A stretch of DNA of 63,846 nt, filler included, from Guillardia theta CCMP2712 (taxonomy: Eukaryota > Protista > Cryptophyta): NCBI RefSeq assembly GCF_000315625.1. It is 6 parts of 6 records of this genome, joined end to end, with 100 filler letters (N's around TTAATTAATTAA, not from the genome) between each part and the next. Parts side by side here need not be neighbours in the genome. Positions count along the whole stretch, not along the records: positions 1 to 25,957 come from NW_005434601.1; 5 more parts are not named here. The stretch is one strand, 5' to 3'. The notes under the pieces were generated by a model, which had not been told where the DNA came from, searched no databases, and saw only the letters and a list, made by a program, of their open reading frames with translations. The number at the start of each line of letters is the position of its first letter. Within the stretch, counting starts at the first letter, position 1. The position numbers and the translations under genes are program-made. Below, in pieces: positions 1-13,600 of the stretch.

Positions 1-655
1 ACTGGTACCAAGAGGGCGGGAGAAGATTCCGGGCAAACGATGCGGAGGACGTATTTGCAACTTTCCACTTTTTTCAATTCTGCAAGGAGTTCATTTTCAG
101 GTGGTCTTTCAGTTGTCTTGTAGCTCTCACTTGTGTTGTTGTCACTCTTTCATTCTTGGGTTCACTCTTCTACCTGTCTTGATCTCATTGCTTTTGTTGA
201 CTATATTTGTCTCACAATGTTGCAGTCGAAGTGGTTTCGGCGAGATGGGAGCGGCTCTCATGAAGCTCGACAGGTATGTTCACCTCCCCCCTCCTCCTCT
301 CTTGTCTTAATGGCTGCCACATTGTTCTTCCAGTTGCTCCAGGTTGCAATTGTGGAAAGATGGGGCGTTGTGGCCTGTCTCACCTTGCGAGTTCGTGTCA
401 TCGTACGATGGACACAAGTGGAAGTAAGAACAAGTATGAGAAGAGGAACATGTTGTAAGTGTAGCGATGAGTGAGAATATTCTTCTTGCTGTGTTGTATA
501 CGCCACGTTGATGATGGACTCGTGGACAAACCTCACGAACCGTTCGTGTCTGCTTCCATTGATTCGGAGCGGGAGGGTATAATGAGAGGACGAAGGGAGA
601 TGGAAGGTGGACGAAAGAGAAAATGAATCAGAGGAAAATTGACGAGCTTCACCTC

Positions 656-784
656 CACAAACAGCTGTTGTTCATGACACACAAACAGCTGTTGTTCATG
701 ACACACAAACAGCTGTTGTTCATGACACACAAACAGCTGTTGTTCATGACACACAAAGAGCTGTTGTTCATGACACACAAACAG
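656..784. repeat. 24-bp tandem minisatellite (CACAAACAGCTGTTGTTCATGACA), about 5 copies
   Basis: Directly visible; one copy has a C>G variant; gives the HKQLLFMT/FVCHEQQL repeats in spurious ORFs. Confidence 0.95.
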
Positions 785-856
785 GGTCATGTTAACTATT
801 CTCCTGCTCTCCTCCTCCAGACTCCCCCCGAGCTCTGCATCCCCCGCACGCACTCA

Positions 857-2415
857 TCAAGAAAATCGATTCTCCCTCTTCCTCCGCTTCTCCTGGGAGT
901 GCAATGAGGCCCGGGCAGGAACAAGGAGCACGGCTACCATCTCTTCTCTTGATATCTCAGGCCCTTCTCTCTCTCCCCTCTTCAGCTTCAGCGCTGACTG
1001 CATCACATTTCTTCACGACATGTTACAGTTGTACATTCACACATACCTTCTCCACAGATCTCCCTTGTTGAAGTCCCACGTTGACTTGCTCGAATCTTCC
1101 CTTCTTCTGCACCTGAAGCATTCACGTCAACACCAGCCAGCAACTTGATCTTAATCTCTTCCTGCCAGTCCCTTGGCCTATCCTGGGTCCTCCACATCCT
1201 GTCAGTCTTGCCTGCCCTGCTCGCCCCTCCTCTCATCATGTCGTTTGCTCTTTGCACTTCGCGCTCCACAACATGATTCCTGACTTCATCGGCTCGACCC
1301 CCGCTGGAACAACCTTAGTGTCATGTAAACTGAAGGCACACAATATTTGCAGCACATTTCACCAATTGCAAACACAATGTTTGAAGCACATATCACAACA
1401 GCAATCACAAGTTTTAACGTCCTGTCACCGATCTGGAACTCTTCCGATGAGATGTCTCTTGACAGCACTCTGAGAAGATCCGCTGACGGCATGAAATGCA
1501 CGGACAACATCAGCTACGTCGATCTTAACGAGCTCCTTGAAGCAGAATCGTCAGGATGATACGCTCAACAAAAGCTTTCAAGACCTCGGGTTTGTAGTAC
1601 TTGCTGTCTAGCTCGAAGTTTTCGATCTCACTCAGTCTGGACATCACCTTGGCGTCCATCTTAGCCTGTGACAGCTGAAAGCAGTGAGCTGTCGCCTTCA
1701 TCCTCGTCAACAGCATCTCTCTTCTTAGTTTGCACTCTCCGTGTAGCTCTTGAGAGATCTCCTCAAGTGTATGGAGATGGTCTTGCACGAGCTTCTCATC
1801 GACCTCGAAGATGGAGGGCGTCAGATGCGCTTCTCCTCCACCTTTCTCTGTCTTGGCGATCGCCTTCAAAGCTGCGGCCCGGACGCTTTTCAACAATGTG
1901 GATGCCTTTGATCCGTTCGGTTGGTTGAACTTGATCAGGAGACGTCTGAGCTTCTTCAGTCCCTTCTCTATCCCCTCGTGTTCCTTCTTCTCATCTGACT
2001 CAACCACTCCCCTGCTCCTCTCCCTGTTCCCCTCCAGAAGGATCAAGCACTGATATTCGCCCACGAGAAATTCAAGAGCAGCGCATCTCCACTCCTCGTC
2101 TCTCACGACTCCCGGCCTATCCCTCCCTCCTCCTCCTCGTTTCCACTTGAAGTTTCTTTCTTCCAGGATCTCGAGCATCGAGGAAGCGAACACCAAATCG
2201 TTGCTCTCCTCGACAGTCCTGCCGCTATGGCCCTCCAGTTCTCTGATACCCAGCACAAGCTCAGCACAAACTCTACGGAACAATGAGCATGCATGTGCTG
2301 ACTCTCCTCTGACGCACGCATCTAGCTGCTTTCTCTTGTGTTCCAGCATCTTCCCGCACTGCCCTGTCCCCTGCACTCGCCGCCATAGCGCCTCCAGGCG
2401 CGCCTCCCCTGCCAT
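857..2415 (-). CDS. FAM98-family (DUF2465)-like protein, multi-exon; 3' end approximate
   Basis: ATG at 2415 (MAGEARLEAL...); FRRVCAELVLGIRELE and ISQELHGECKLRREMLLTRMKATAHCF resemble FAM98 blocks (L..EY..RREML.KR.D.T..SF); further small exons downstream. Confidence 0.6.
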
Positions 2416-2643
2416 ACTCAATGGCACTTTTATTGACTGAAAAGAAGGCCAAATGGCACAATGACTAGGGGTGTCTGCTACCGAAATTTGCTTAGATTGA
2501 GGGGTGGGGGTACTGCCTTGGGCCCGGGCCGGGGCCCAGCTCCAACCAATCTGAGTGACCAGGGAAACTTTGAACTTTGAAACTTCGCTGACCTCAAACT
2601 TTCCTACCTCATCACCCAAAGTATCAAAGTTTGATTCACGGCC

Positions 2644-3201
2644 ATGGTACGAAGAGTCATGGCACCTGCGGCGGCCGTGGGCGCTTCCGTGGTGGCGATG
2701 GCAGTAGTGATGGTGGTGATGATGCGGCAGAGAGTGACGCCAACAAGCCTCATCCTGGTGAGGATGATGAGGATGATACACTCCCTCCTCACTTGCTCGC
2801 CTCTCGTTTGACACTTTCCCAGCCGTGGTACGAAAGCGTGTCAACTGGAGATGGTACGGGCCCTGAGTCTGTCAACGTCTGGTCCATCCCCCCCACCATT
2901 AGCTATGCCAACACCTTCCAAGACCCGACCAAGTGGAACGGAGATCACGTCTTGAACGGGGGGAACAAAGAATGGGCTGAGGAGGACGCGGCATTGCACG
3001 CATACAACATGGTCTGTGAAGCCTTACCACGCTCTCTTGGAGTCCGTTGACTTCATCCCGCAGGAGAACTGGAGAAACAAGATTCTAGAGACGCAGGTCA
3101 GACGGCAGGTGAAGCAGTACGACCTGATGAACACCATGAGGCATAAAGACGGCTACAAGAGCGGGTTAGCAGCGCTCGCGGTATGGAAGCAGCTGTTCTG
3201 A
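2644..3201 (+). CDS. Small 3-exon protein with N-terminal hydrophobic anchor, unknown function
   Basis: MVRRVMAPAAAVGASVVAMAVVMVVMMRQR..., GT-AG introns at about 2758-2822 and 3012-3063 join ORF pieces PWYESVSTG... and ENWRNKILE...KQLF*. Confidence 0.6.
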
Positions 3202-3931
3202 CATGCAGCTATGAATGTAGGTCAAGATCAAGTGTTCTTGCATCGAAGAAACCTGAGAGCGTGGGGAACGATGCTGCAGTACAGCCAGCAGATCTGAAGA
3301 GGCTCGCCAGCCTCCTCTCATCCACTGTGAGATGAACTCTTGATTCAAGTCCTTGAGGACTGATCAGATTCTCTTGTCGTTGTACAGAGCCAGCATCTTA
3401 ACCAGGACAGACTGCAGAAGCAATCCTCGGAAGGAGGAGAGAGTATCTCCAAGGTCCGCACCCCTCGCTCCTTGCAACCGCCAGCACAACTGACATTGCT
3501 CTCAAGCTCATCGAGGTAGAGGAGAAGAACGGCAAGCTCTTGCGAAGGATACTCGATAGGCTGCATGAGAGGAGAAGAGAGAGCCGATCGGGAAGGACGG
3601 GGAAGCGGTCTCGACCCTGCTAGCTGGTGTGTTCGGGTTGTGACTCCTGTGCAGATACGTTAGGCACCTTGAGCGACAAAACAGGCGGATGCTGCGGCAG
3701 ATAAAGGTGTCTTATTGTTTGAAGTTACTGCCTGCCTTTCCTCTTGATCCTCCTCCTTTCTTCTCTTCGTTTCTTCTTTCGCCTCCCTGCTCCTCTTCCT
3801 CTTCAACTTCCTCTCTTCTCTTCTCTTTCTCCTCACCTCCTCCGTCAGGACAAACTTGAGGATCTGCAGGATGCCAAGCATGCATAAAGATGGTCTCGTA
3901 CATCCTCATCCAGTAAATTTCTCATCTTCCC

Positions 3932-6026
3932 TCATCTCGGGCTGTGCAGCGGATCAGCGTGGGGCCTGAGACCTTCCCGTTCCTTCGTGAGCATCCGTAG
4001 GCGAGGGTGAAGGGCAGGGGAGCGAGAGGACTGGGACACGAGGGTCGAGTATCCCTCCCTGCTCTCCTGATGCCCGAAGATGAGCTGCTCTTTCTGCTGG
4101 GAAGTAACTCGCTCCTGCGGGGGAGATGCTCTTCCAAGGTCCTGGATGGCGCTCCGGATGAACTCGTCGTTGTAGCCGTGGCGGGAGGACGCGTTCACAA
4201 CGTCGGCACGCAGTGAGGGTGACCTGCTGCCCGCAAGGACAGACAAGATGGACGGGGGAGTCCCCTCGCGATCCACTCGCATCCTCCCGCGGGGCTGCGG
4301 TCTGTGAGTGGAGGCTGCCAGTTCAGCTGACCTGCTGACCCTGTCGTGCCCTGCGATGGGGTTCCTAACTCCTGGATGCGGCTCGAGGGAGCGGAAGGTG
4401 GAGGCGTCGGGGGGGGAGACAGACCTTTTGGTCCTCGCAGAGTGATTGTGCTCCTCTCCCTTTTCAAGATGGCTGCTGCGTTCCTTGGACCTCCCGCTGG
4501 CTGCCCCGTGCTTCCCCTTTGAAGTGTGCATGGCTACGGACCTGGCCATGAGCTTGTCCTGGAAGGAGTCGAGGTGGCGGTGAAGCGACTCAATCAGCTC
4601 GACTGACTTCCCCTGTACCTCATTGAGGATCTTCACCTTCTGCACGAAAATCTTCATAGCGCTCGAGAGGTCCTCCGCCTCAGCTCCCTGCTCTGTTCCC
4701 TTCCCCTCCGCCCCGTTCTCCTTGCTCTCCGTCCCGTTCTCCTCCGCCACCGTCTCGTTCTCCTTCATCTCCACTTCGCCTTCTTGTTTCCTCGTCACCT
4801 CCATAACCGCAGCAGCTCCTCGCTGTCCAGTCGAGCTGTTCTGTCTCAGCTCTTCAAGCTTCGCAGTCTTGATCTCATCCACAGAGAGCATGAGCAGTTT
4901 GATGGACGACATGATGCTGGACAAGACCGGCGACGCCTCTGCCATGCTGTCGGAGAGGCAGAGCTCGATGTGCTGCTTCAGCTGATGGTTGATGATAGTC
5001 AAGAAGTCCTCCTCCCCTATCTCTCCCTGCGCGTTGCAGAGCGAGCGGTTCTCCGTGATGTTTTCAAAGTCGTCGACGCTGAGGTAGATGGGAGGGTCGA
5101 AGTGAAGCCTGTAGAGCCCGTCGTTGAGCTCCTGCATGCTCAAAGATCCCGACGAGTCGCAGTCAAGCACCTGGAGAGAGAGCTTTGGAATCAGACTGAG
5201 TCGGGTGAGGGAAGCGAGAAGAGGAAAGAAACGAGGGGGAAGAGCAAGGAAGGCGGAGTGAGAAAGGAAGAAGGAAGCCGAGCTAAGAGGCAGGAGGAAG
5301 GAGTGAGGAGGGAAGGAACCTGATAGAGCGAGAGAATCTTGTCGCGGAGGTCTTGTGCGCTCTTGAAATGTCTCAGGGTCTCAAGAAGAGGCTGTAACCC
5401 CGCGAAAAGAAAATGACAAGAGCGAAGCAAAGATAAAGAAGATGAGAAAGAGAAAATACCGGGAGGAAAGAAACAATGAGGATGCTGAGGGCAGACGGGG
5501 ATGTTTAGGAAAGGAAGGCTGAAGGAGAGAGGCGAAGAGGAGCGGAGAATGAGAAGAAGATCACCTCGAGGGGGTTCTTGACCTCATCCATCTGAGCTTT
5601 GATCTTCAGCTCAGCTTGTCGTCGGACTTCTGCCTTCTCCTCCTCCACTGACGAGACGAACTACAAGCGAATGTGACGCAAGGTGAGAGGAGTGGGACAG
5701 GGGAGAAAGTCATGCAGGAAGCGCCGAAGGGAGCAGAACCACACAGACCTCGTCAAGAAGAATGGCGACGACAATGTTGAGGAGGACAACACCTGAGGTT
5801 GATCAACCTCCCGATCTGACAAGCTCAAGCCATCTCACCGCATATAAGCATATAGGAGGTGAAAAATGCGATCGCCTGTCACAAGGTAGCGGTGCAAGGA
5901 GTGAGAACAGAGCAAGGCCAGTAGCTTCCAACTTACCGTACTGCGGCTTCTTGGCAGTGATGCTGACGAGGTTCTCCTTAAGCTGGATCGAGCGCGTGTA
6001 CTCCTTGCTGCTGTGAGGATCGGCAT
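3932..6026 (-). CDS. Ion-channel S6 helix + EF-hand C-terminal protein (apparently lacking S1-S5)
   Basis: Spliced AIAFFTSYMLICGVVLLNIVVAILLDEFVSS (S6-like), then EF-hand DCDSSGSLSMQEL and a second EF-like NAQGEIGEEDF, coiled coil and disordered tail. Confidence 0.6.
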
Positions 6027-6102
6027 CTTTCCTTCGAGCCGCTACCTTGACAAGTCAAGTGAGCTTCGGACAAACAAAATGAGGATGTAGATCCCGGCAC
6101 AA

Positions 6103-6184
6103 AGCACCGAATGATCGTCGTCCTTCTGTCATGCTCTATCTACAGCACCGAATGATCGTCGTTCTCCAGTCATGCTCTATCTAC
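6103..6184. repeat. 41-bp tandem duplication
   Basis: AGCACCGAATGATCGTCGT...GTCATGCTCTATCTAC occurs twice, period 41. Confidence 0.9.
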
Positions 6185-6771
6185 CCAGTCGTCCATCTCC
6201 CCTCGTCTCTCGCTGCCTTCGGCTCTCATCTTCCCTTCCTGTCCTTCCTCGCTAGTCATTCTGTTCTCGCGCGAATTTGACTAATCAGCTGACTAATCAG
6301 TGACGCGTTGCCTGAAAAAAAAACTCACCTTTTACAAGATTGACCGTCGGACCGTACGGTCTGTGCCGGGCCGCGTCCGATCCGACCGGTGGCAGCCCAT
6401 CACGGCCCGGCGAGCCGCCGCTCTACTAAGCTCCGAACCTGTAGCCCCGGCGGGACTACATCCGAGTGACTCGCGCCTTGAGCCTCTGCCACTCTTTACT
6501 CAAAGTTAAGTTCTGCCACACTGGCAGGCGGGGACTCGATTCGCGCCCGGTGCGTTTCGACTCCTAAAGTGACTTATTCAACTACACGGAGTGAATTACT
6601 ATAGTTTACTATAGTTCAGGCCCGGGCCCGGGCCCGCGGGCCCCCGTACTATCCGAGTACTACGGCGGACGGTACTACGGTACTAGTACCCGGATAAAAT
6701 GCAGTCACGTTCATCCCCCTCGTACACAAGTTATCATCCCCCTCATACTAGCTACAAGGCGAAAGGCCGCG

Positions 6772-7811
6772 ATGCTTGCGGCATGGGAGACAGGGAGGAT
6801 GAGGATGGCGGGGGTAGTGGTGGTGGCGATGGTGGTCATGGTAGCGATGACAACGAAGATGTTCAGTGCGAATGAACAGACCTCAGTCACTTCCAGAGAC
6901 GAGCTGCTTGCCAGAGGGAGGAGAGGAGGGCTTGCTTCGTTGTTTAGGGAGGACAGTGGGTCTGACGGAAGTGACCGCATTAAGCGGCTCGAGGATGAGG
7001 CAAAAGCAGAATCGATGGAAGCGAAGATCAAGCAGGAGGCGGCAGAGCTGGAAAGGAGGAGAGCAGAGGCTGTCAGGTCGCAGGCAGACGCGACTGAGGC
7101 GCATTTGGGGGCATTCAGAGATAAGAAGCTTGCCAAGGAAGACTTCGAAAGGGCCTCCAAGTTCGCATCTGATGCAGTCAAAGCACAGCAGGATGCGCGA
7201 TTAGCTGAGAGGAAGGTGCGTGCTTGCGTGAGGTCGCTTGCTCCTGTACATCCTGATCGTTGCTTCAGGCCGAGATATCGGAGAAAACCTTGTCTCTCAA
7301 GAGGGAGGTATCCGACGTGCTCAAGGAGCATGCAGATACGGACAGGAAGGAAGCACAGGAAGCGATCGACTCGTTGAGGGACGTCAAGGAAGAGATCAAG
7401 CGAACAAGGCGAGAGATCGACCTTCTCAAGCGAGAGTCTCGTGCGAAGAGGTGAGGAGGGAGATAGGAGGAGTTGTGAGTTGTTGAAGAAGAAAACTTCA
7501 GGTTGGAAGCGGATGAGCGGATTAAGATCGCGCGCAAGCTGATCAACACGGCGAAGCAGCTGAGTGTGGAGGCAAAAGCTGAGCAGATCAAGGCGCGAGG
7601 CAGCGCGACGGTCCCTGTGGTGTCGCAAAACGCTCTGGAGCTCATGGAGAAGGAGGCAAAGCGGGTGGGTCACCTGCTCCAGCTGGATTCGAACAGCCTG
7701 AAGAGCGCAGAGATGGTGCTGCACGACCTGAACAACAACAAGGAGAACCCGCTGAGCTCTCTCAGGTCGAAGATCGAGACGGTAGAGCGAAATTTGGCCA
7801 ACTTCACATAG
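6772..7811 (+). CDS. Membrane-anchored coiled-coil protein, 3 exons, unknown function
   Basis: Hydrophobic MAGVVVVAMVVMVAM then E/K/A/R-rich helix; introns at about 7216-7268 and 7451-7501 link ORFs 6772, 7260 and 7503. Confidence 0.65.
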
Positions 7812-7903
7812 AAGGTTTTTAATGAAGGAAGATAAAGTTATGCTTATCCTGGGTGATTGTGTCTTGCTGGTGCTGTGCTGGTGTTGAGATGACTTGTCAC
7901 CTG

Positions 7904-10508
7904 TTATCTGCCCGCAAGTTTGACGTCTCTGCGCAAGTGCAACTGCAGACGCTGGCGGACGGTGACGTGGCAAGCCAGTGTCACGACCTCACGGCCCCCC
8001 TCGGACGTAGGCGTCAGCTGTGACGATGCAGCCCTTGACCTGAGTAGCGACGAGAGGAGGAAGAGGTCAGGGAGGTGAGGGAGGGTCAGAGAAGGACAGG
8101 AGGCGAGGTGTACAGGGAAGGAGGAGGAGAAGCAGAAATGGAAGACAGCAAGAAGCAAAGATGAGGAGGAGGAGGGGGGGAGAATGAGGAGGAGGAGGGG
8201 GGGAGAATGAGGACGAGGAGGGGGGGGTAAGTGAGGACGAGGAGGNNNNNNNNNNNNNNNNNNNNNNNNNNNNNNNNNNNNNNNNNNNNNNNNNNNNNNN
8301 NNNNNNNNNNNNNNNNNNNNNNNNNNNNNNNNNNNNNNNNNNNNNGAGGAGGAGGAGGAGGAGCAGCAGCAGCAGCAGCAGCGGACCTGTATGGCGTTAG
8401 ACGCTTGAAGGCCGTTGGTAGCGGTGCTGCGTGCAAACTAGTCAGAAGGCTCAGCCATTCACAAGTCTAAAGAGGACGTGAGGTCCCATTGGAAAGGAAG
8501 GATGCTGAACAACTTGAACTCTTGTGACATGCTGATGGGTGAAGTCTGTCAAGGACGATGAGACCGGAGGAGCAGGCAGCGCAGTGGGCAAACGCACCTT
8601 TGAGTTTGACCCGAAAGCAACAGCGCTCACTTTGAAACAGTCGAGATTCCCGGGGATGTTGTTCTCAATCTTTGGACAACTCAGATGGCTTTGAGTCGAA
8701 GAGTTTTCTTCACCTTGATCTTATTTCCTTCCAACTTCCTCAGGCTGACATCATTCTTCATCGAGCCAGTCACGCTGCGAGAGCAAGGGGCAAGGTGTGA
8801 GATTAGCAATTAGAACAGAAAACAAGTAGACAGAGAACTTGACCAACCTGTAGAAGATGGTCGTGTCTGAAGAATTGTGAACAAGTTCAATCTCGACGGT
8901 GTGAAAGAATTCTCCTTCTCAACGTCAGCTCGTCAAGGGAGCAACCACCAGTTCAACCTCCATCAGGTTGGAAAGTCACCGGCAACACAGACATCTCCTT
9001 CCTGTTTGCTTGCTAAGGTACCACGATGTCAGACAAACAGTCTTGTAAGATGCTCAACCATTGAAAATTCTCATCTCTTATCTTCATCTCGTCTGGCCTC
9101 GTCTTCTCTTCTCTTCTCTTCCTTCTCTTCTCTCCTTCTCTTCTCTTCTCTTCTCTTCATCTCATTGCACCTTCGTCTCCATACAGCCCTCCTCTCACCG
9201 TTGTTTTTAGAGAGCTCACGAGCTGAGAAATCTCCTGCGGCAGGTCGAGGAGCTGACGAGAAGGAGAACCGGGGCTCTTGCTCGTCGACCCGTTCAAAGA
9301 GGCAGACTTGTCTAGCAGGATCGGAGACTCGCTGAGTCCAGCTGGTCTCCAGCTGGTCTCTTTCGAGATCATCAACTTTGACATCCCAGTTTTGACGTCT
9401 TCAACCATCTCTGACATTTGACCGCTGTTGTCAAACCTGACGGGCGGAGATCGGGACGGCGTCGAGTGGTCCTGCGACTTTGACAAGCAAGAAGTTCGCG
9501 GGCTGGGCTTGTCATCCTGGTCCGAGGAGAGGGCGAAGGCGTGAACAAGGAGGGAGGAGAAGTTGCTCTGAAAGATCGGGTCGACTTGAAGTTCCAGCCT
9601 GATTCATGTCAGGGATGCTTCTGAGGAGATGGGAGGGAGAGGGGAGAGGAGGGAGGGAGAGGGAGAGGAGGGAGGGAGAGGGAGAGGAGGGAGAGGGAGA
9701 GGAGGGAGAGGGAGATAGGGAAGAGGGAGCGGGGCGGGGCAGGGGGAGATGTACTGGGAGTCGTGTCTGAGTTCGAGGAAGGGTCGGATGAGCTTCATTT
9801 TCCGCTTCATCTCGTCGTTCCTCTGATGCAGGTCCAGGTTCACCTGCTCGCACCATCGGCCTCAGCCGTTGAGACGTCAAGGAACGGGTCAACCGACCTC
9901 ATGGATTGAGCTCTCGTCGCATGTTGACTTGTCAAACGATTTCGCTGCGTCGCATCGCTCGTGGATTTCAGCTTGCGCCTTCACGATCTCCTCCGACGAC
10001 TTGAAAGACAAGCTCGTCAAGGAGCAAGGAAAGGAACGTCACACATCATAGAGAGTCATAATCTCTCTTTGCAACGCAGTCAGAGGGTTTGGTGTTTACC
10101 TCCCTCAACCGGATCATGGTGTGCTCGAATCCCTCGGATCGTTGCTGTTGGTGCTTGTCAGCATGCAAGGAGTTGAGATTTCTTGTCTACCTGCACCACG
10201 GCGCGCAATCTCCCTCTGATGGTGGAGATCTGCGATCTTATGCTTGCTATCATCGCAGCCTCTTGTTCATCCAGTTGTAGCTGAAGAGATCAAGTAGAGT
10301 GAGAGGAAACGAGGAAGAGAATGAGAGGGGAGGGCAGGGGAGGGAAGGGAAGGGAAAGAAATGAGGGAAGGGGGGCGGGGCGGGGCGGAGAGAGGGGGGG
10401 AAGAGGACAGAGTGGGAAGGGTGGAAGAGGAAGAGTCAGACAGAAGGGAAGTGAGAGATCGCGTCAGGATCAGAGACAAGGAGATGAAAAGAGGGAGGGA
10501 GGAAGCAG

Positions 10509-10540
<32 letters not shown>

Positions 10541-10640
10541 CGACGACGACGACGAGAAGGAGGAGGAGGAGGAGGAGGTGGTGGTGGTGGTGGTGGTGGA
10601 GGATTATGATTATGATGCAGCAGCAGCAGCAGCAGCAGCA

Positions 10641-10671
<31 letters not shown>

Positions 10672-13600
10672 ATGACGATTAAATACCTGAACTTCTGCTG
10701 CCTTGACGAGGATTTCCTCCTTGTCATCGGCGAGATCTTTCATGAGAAGCGTCAGAACTGAGAGGAGAAAAGAGAAATCACGACTTGTCAAGGTTTGTTC
10801 GATCTCTGAGACAAGGTCCATGGACTCCTTCATCGTGAAATTTATCTTGGCAGGAAAGTGAGATGATGAAGAGAATGCAAGATGTGAAACAGACTTTAGA
10901 TTCTGTGTCTCGAAGGGCTTCGATGGCTTTTTCCCTCCTCACATCAGTCTGGCAAAAGCAAATCAGTTTGATGGTAAAGTTTAGAACGAGAACGAGAACG
11001 AGAACGAGAACGAGAACGAGAACGAGAACGAGAACGAGAACGAGATTGAGATTTTGGAGGTTTGAAATTGAGATAGGATTGAGATTGAGCTGAGATGAAA
11101 TTGAGATTGTGATGTGATACGATTGAGCTGACTTGTGATCTTCTCTGATCTGTCTCAACATTCTGCGCTCACCTGGATGTTGCGCAAGTGCCTCTCAAGG
11201 AGATTCGCCGCATCGTTAGCTCTAGCAGCGTCCTGAGTGACTCGTGATAGCTGACGAAAGAGTTAGTTGCAGGATGAGGATCAGAGAGAGGAGGATGGAA
11301 AGAGTGTTGTTGTTTGTTGTTGTTTGTTGTTGTTTGTTTGTTGTTTGTTGTTGTTGTTGTTGTTGGCATAAAACCACAACAAACAAGGACAGTGTGAAAA
11401 ACAAAACGAAATGTAAACCTCCTCATCTTGGACACTTCGAACGTTTTCAACAAGATTTGCTGTTCTCTATCGGCAACCTTGTAAACACAAGAATCGAAGT
11501 GAACGAAAGAACCTGAGCTTCCCGCAACACTGCCTCCAGTCTTGCCGCTCGACTTCTGGCCTGTGAGAACGAGGATGAATCAGATGATGGAACGAGATGA
11601 TGCGAAGGGAGGGGATGAGGAAGACAACTGAGGGAGAAGGAGGAGAACTACAAGGAGGACGAGAAGGAGGAGGATGAGAAGAAGGAACGTGGGAGCGGGG
11701 GGGTTAGCAGCGAGGAGAGAAAGAACAAGGAGGAGGTGTAAAGAGCAGCAGGAAACATTTTCGTCCTCATTTCGACTGGTTACCTCCCTTGCAAGCGCAT
11801 CTGCTTCCTTGGCTTTCCTCTCCAACTCCCTAGGGACGTGTCAGAGTCGATGCTGACACTGCGGAGCATCACAGGGTCCTTTCTGCGTTGGAGAAGTTGA
11901 GGGAGCGAGGAGGAGAGGAGAGGAGTGAGGAGGAGGCGGAGGAGGAGGAGGAGTTTCTTGCTCGGGATGACGGTGCTGTGTAGGGATTCAGTGGCGGAAA
12001 CTGTAAGGAGGACACCGACTGATGGGAGACCGAGAATCGTCCATCGACTTGCGGAAGGCAACCACGTATCTGGTATAAGCAGAAGAGGAGGAGAAAGAGA
12101 TCGGTCAGTTGAGAATGATCGTGGCAAGCGATTGATCTTTCCACAATCAACCGGACACAACAAGTGTGCATTCAAGTCAAACATCACACATACCTCGGCA
12201 GGGCTTGATACGGATGGTAGATGACATGTAAACCCTTTCAACAGCATCAGCAACAACGCACCATCACTCTCTCTCCTTCCACCTGCGAGTTCGCTGCCTC
12301 TCCATCAAACACTCTGATGGAATCAAAACCAGCTCGCCGGATCGCCTCAACGTCCATGTCCTGCCAAACACGGACAAGATTATATCGTGACAAGGCTACT
12401 GTAGCAACGTTTCTTGAAAACAGGCAAGTAACATGCTGTACCTTGAAGACCGAGGAGTCCTGTGCCCCTGCACTCGCAGGAGTTTCCATCATCATACCCA
12501 CAGCCACCTGATAAGAAGACTGTCAATATCCATAACATGAAAGTATCAGACGTGGTCAGCATACCTCGCAGAGTAGCAGCATAAATGAGTTGCAGTATTG
12601 TGGCGTTTCAATCGGCTACAGGAAAGTCAGCACGTTTCAAGATTGCGACGCGTCCTCACAGCATGCGACACGAAGTATATTCCTGGACCAAAATCTCCCT
12701 GGAAAGCAGGAAAACATCATCTTCATCGTTTTCGCCATCGTCATCTCCATCTTAATCGAGGCCGTCATCATCATCGTCTTCAACTCAATCCTCCCAGCCA
12801 TCAAACCTCGGCACTTCATACATGCATTTCCCCCTCCATTCACTACAACCTCTTGCCAAACGTTGCGCTGGAATCCATTCTTACAGATGCTCCTCACAAA
12901 ACTCTTCCCAGCACCGAAGGCTGAAGAAAGACGGAAAAAATCATCGTCGTCGCAAGAACAGGTTTCAACCCCCACCATTGTAGATCAAACTCAGTCGGTT
13001 GTTGGGCTTTTTGAGAGAAGCGACTTGCGCTTGAAACCTTGTCTGCAAGCATGATGATCAAACAAGTTTTGTCAGCTCACCCGCCAGCACCGTCAGCGGG
13101 ACGTTCTCCACTCGCTCAATGAAATCGATCTCCAGGTTGCACCGTTCTTTGAACATGTACCTGACAACATACGTCGGTGACGAAGAGGAGAGGTAGGTGC
13201 GATCATGGTAGACCTCTGCATTTCAACCTCCACAAACTTGTACTCCTGGCTGTCTCTCGACAACACCACGAGCCGAGGCTTCGGGAAGTCTTGCTGCACG
13301 GGCGAAGGTCCCTGCATGCAGGAGTAAGATTCGTTCTCCTCGCTCGAGGCCGGGGACCTCATGGCAGCAAATCTTCGCTGGCTGGTCGGCATTGTTGGCA
13401 AGTTGCGCTAAAGCGCGGAGCTCAACCCAACGTGATACGCTCGTGTCGAAGAAGTACAAAACGCCGAGATCCTCCACCTGCCCCTCCATTTAGCATCGCA
13501 CACCTTCCCTCCTTTCCCCTTCTCCTCACCTTCTTGTTCGCTGCATTGGCCAGCGCATCTTTGACATGTCCCAGGTGATCGGCCTGGATGTTCATCTTCA

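Noticed and set aside
656-784. CRISPR-like appearance of the 24-bp arrays (also 56559 and 58000)
   Set aside because: Head-to-tail repeats with no unique spacers and no cas genes, in a eukaryotic context
6525-6570. tRNA-like TTCGACTCC word
   Set aside because: No cloverleaf or acceptor stem could be built
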